Source of the DNA: the human T2T-CHM13v2.0 reference genome, Homo sapiens
Strand: one strand, 5' to 3'
Assembly (NCBI RefSeq): GCF_009914755.1
Contig: NC_060934.1
Length of the DNA stretch: 64,000 bases
Position numbers and translations under genes: made by a program. The notes under the pieces are model-generated. The model was not told where the DNA came from and did no database searches. It saw only the letters and a program-made list of their open reading frames with translations. Each line of letters starts with the position of its first letter. Positions within the stretch are counted from its first letter, which is position 1. Of this stretch, positions 61,631-64,000 are shown one piece after another.

Positions 61631-63821
61631 CAGCGGTGGGGAGTGCCATGAGGAGGCTCAGGCAATGGTGAGACAAGGCAGTGGCACAGCAATGCTGGCG
61701 CAGGGGCAGGTACAGCTTCCCTGTACAGGAGGCGTCTCAATGGAGACCCAAATAACAAGAAGGCACCAGCCCTCAAAGAGGCACAGCACACACACGCCAG
61801 GTGTGGGAACTGCAGGTGCACGCTGGTGCAGGCAGGGCTGTGGTGCAGTCACGGCATGCAGGAAAGTCCCTGTGTGTGGGGCTCTGTGAGGACGGACATG
61901 AGGTTGGCCAGGAAGCCTGAGACCAGGTCCCGCAGTACATGATGAATATCAAGAAGGGGCCCAGCTCGGCACAGGGCTGTGCTGATGAGGGTCAACCCAG
62001 GCACTCAGCCAGCAGGACAAGGGCTCCCTTTCCTGTAGCATGTAAGAGTGGTACCACCAGCACAGGTCCCCAGGAGCTGGTCAGACCAGGAGAGGCCAGC
62101 AAGACAGGGCAGGCAGAGCGTCCCTGGGGTCTTTACAGATGGGAGCCTGGAGAACCAACACTGCAGGAGAGAGAAAACAAGGTGAATTTCCAGGTCACAC
62201 ACCGGTGCATTCCAAGTTCTCTAACTTGGCAGGTTCCTTCTTGCTTCTGCCAGCACCTTCCCGTGATAGAAACCAGGACAATCCCTGGGGTTGAACAAGT
62301 GGGTTCATTTCACGTTTCAGCGAGGGACACCACCCCCCATCTCAGCAAGAGGGTACCTGGGAAGAGCTGGGAATAGGAGCTGGATGTGTGTGGGGTGGTC
62401 CTTGGAGGCTTAGGGTGCAGGACTTTGCTCAGGAAGTGGGGCCAGGCTGCAGTTGGTGTCTCCACAGCCCGTGTCTAGAAGACGGAGGGAAGGCAGCCAG
62501 GCTAGAGCCTCGAGTGGCAAAGTGCAGGCAGATGCCCGGGTGAGCCAGGGTCGGGGGTCTGGTCATTTGGGATTGGACCACGTCCGTGTTCTTCTCTGCG
62601 TTCTGATGGGATATGCAAGGTCATGATTTGTCTGGATCAATCCTGGTCACAGAGTGGCCATGTGTGTGTGACGTGAGTGTTATGTGACATCATTTATGGT
62701 CAGCGAAGGACAGCGAGGCCCAGCCAGTGGTACCAGCTCCTGGATGTCAGTGGCTGCTTTCTCTCTTTTTAGATCCTCATCCCCCTCCAAAATGTGGAGA
62801 AACTCAAATATGTTTTTAAGGTGTGATCTCAGCCTGTCTTAGCAAGATGGATCAGAATGAACGCTCTGTTTTCATTACTTTCTTAGCACAGAGTATTTTA
62901 CTATAAAAGCGCCATTCCTCTGCCAAAGAGACGCATCTATTTGCTTTGCCATGCCTTCGGAGATCACGGAGTGTCTATAATTAGGTTGTGAAACATGAGA
63001 TCCTTCAGCTGGTGTTGGCTGTTTTAAAAACAGGCTCATGCATTTGGAAGTAAGAAAATGTTACCATATACCATGGAAATTACGCAGAATTCTGTAACTG
63101 AAATCCAGAATGTAGGGTGGGGGTGGGGTTACTACATAAAAAAAAAAAAGAAAAAAAAAAAAAACCTTGACTTATTCCAAACAGCAGCCAAGGTGCTCAG
63201 TGGCATATGATGTTATGATTCAATAAAAAGAGTCTCATTTAAATTGCAGATGGTTATAAAATTGAGACTCTAAAGATAACTTTACTCTGCCAATGTATAG
63301 ATTAGTGATCTCTTAATAGAATAAAGTCACTTGTTCTCTTTGTTTGCAGTTATGTTTAAACTTCCCTAGAATGTGATTTCTAGGCAGCTCTCCTAAAATG
63401 TTCCCCCAGGACAGTGAAATTCAATGACACTGGATGATGTACAGGAAATAATAAAAAGGATCAGGATATGTCATCAGGAAAGTCCTCAAACTTTGTATTT
63501 GAGAATGAATTATTTATTAAAAGTTTTTGGAAAAGTCCTGGTGTTGCAAAACCAAGTTTTTGGATAAAGAAAGAAGGGAAATATTTGTATACATGAAAAT
63601 GCATCCTTTCTTAGAATTTACTGTGCAGACTTAGCTATGCAGTCAGGGGAAGGAGGAACTCACCTGGCGGGGGGCGGGGCCCTAAATATCTCACCCCAAG
63701 GGTCTGCGTGCCCACCTGCCTCAGGCCTCTGAGAGAGGAGGGGCCCTCCCCAGAGATGTGCAGGTAGAGACAGGGGAAGCACACTTTGGGTTTGGGGGAC
63801 CAGATTAGAACCAATGGTCAT

Positions 63822-64000
63822 GACCAGGTGCGGTGGCTCACTACTGTAATCCCAGCACTTTGGGAGGCCGAGAAAGTCAGGAGCTTGAGACCAGCCTGGC
63901 CAACATGGCGAAACCCCATCTCTACTAAAAATACAACAATTAGTCGGGCGTGGTGGCACATGCTTGTAATCCCAGCTACTTGGGAGGCCGAGGCAGGAGA
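63822..64000 (+). mobile_element. Alu (AluS), cut by the window end, small left-arm deletion
   Basis: GACCAGGTGCGGTGGCTCAC...; GGCCGAG joins almost directly to GTCAGGAG. Confidence 0.93.

Noticed and set aside
62280-62760. Possible old LTR remnant (also 38200-38400 and 53040-53430)
   Set aside because: LTR-like in character, but I cannot assign a family or boundaries without a Dfam search.

Overview
Primate (almost certainly human) non-coding genomic DNA, either intergenic or deep intronic. I found no credible host protein-coding exon, RNA gene or CRISPR array; the long ORFs come from L1, Alu, TG-rich repeats or GC-rich chance. The window holds 14 Alus and a full-length, inactivated ~6.15 kb L1PA4-like element inserted into a MER63 DNA transposon. 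It also holds a twin-primed (5'-inverted) L1PA8-like insertion, THE1/MST/MLT1 MaLR LTRs, a MER4 LTR nested in an L1MA, ERVL remnants, MER1B and many L2/MIR/L1M fossils. Tandem repeats include a 71-bp VNTR and a TG-rich tract with a hidden ~150-bp higher-order period. The least explained structures are a 79-bp, 85%-identical inverted repeat in a CpG-rich unique region (25642-26108), a near-perfect 84-bp AT-rich hairpin (34986-35069), and several repeat-free AT-rich islands with homeodomain/TALE/GATA motif clusters that look like enhancers. Repeat family and subfamily names are from recalled consensus sequences, not from a database search. I see no evidence for a wholly new biological system.
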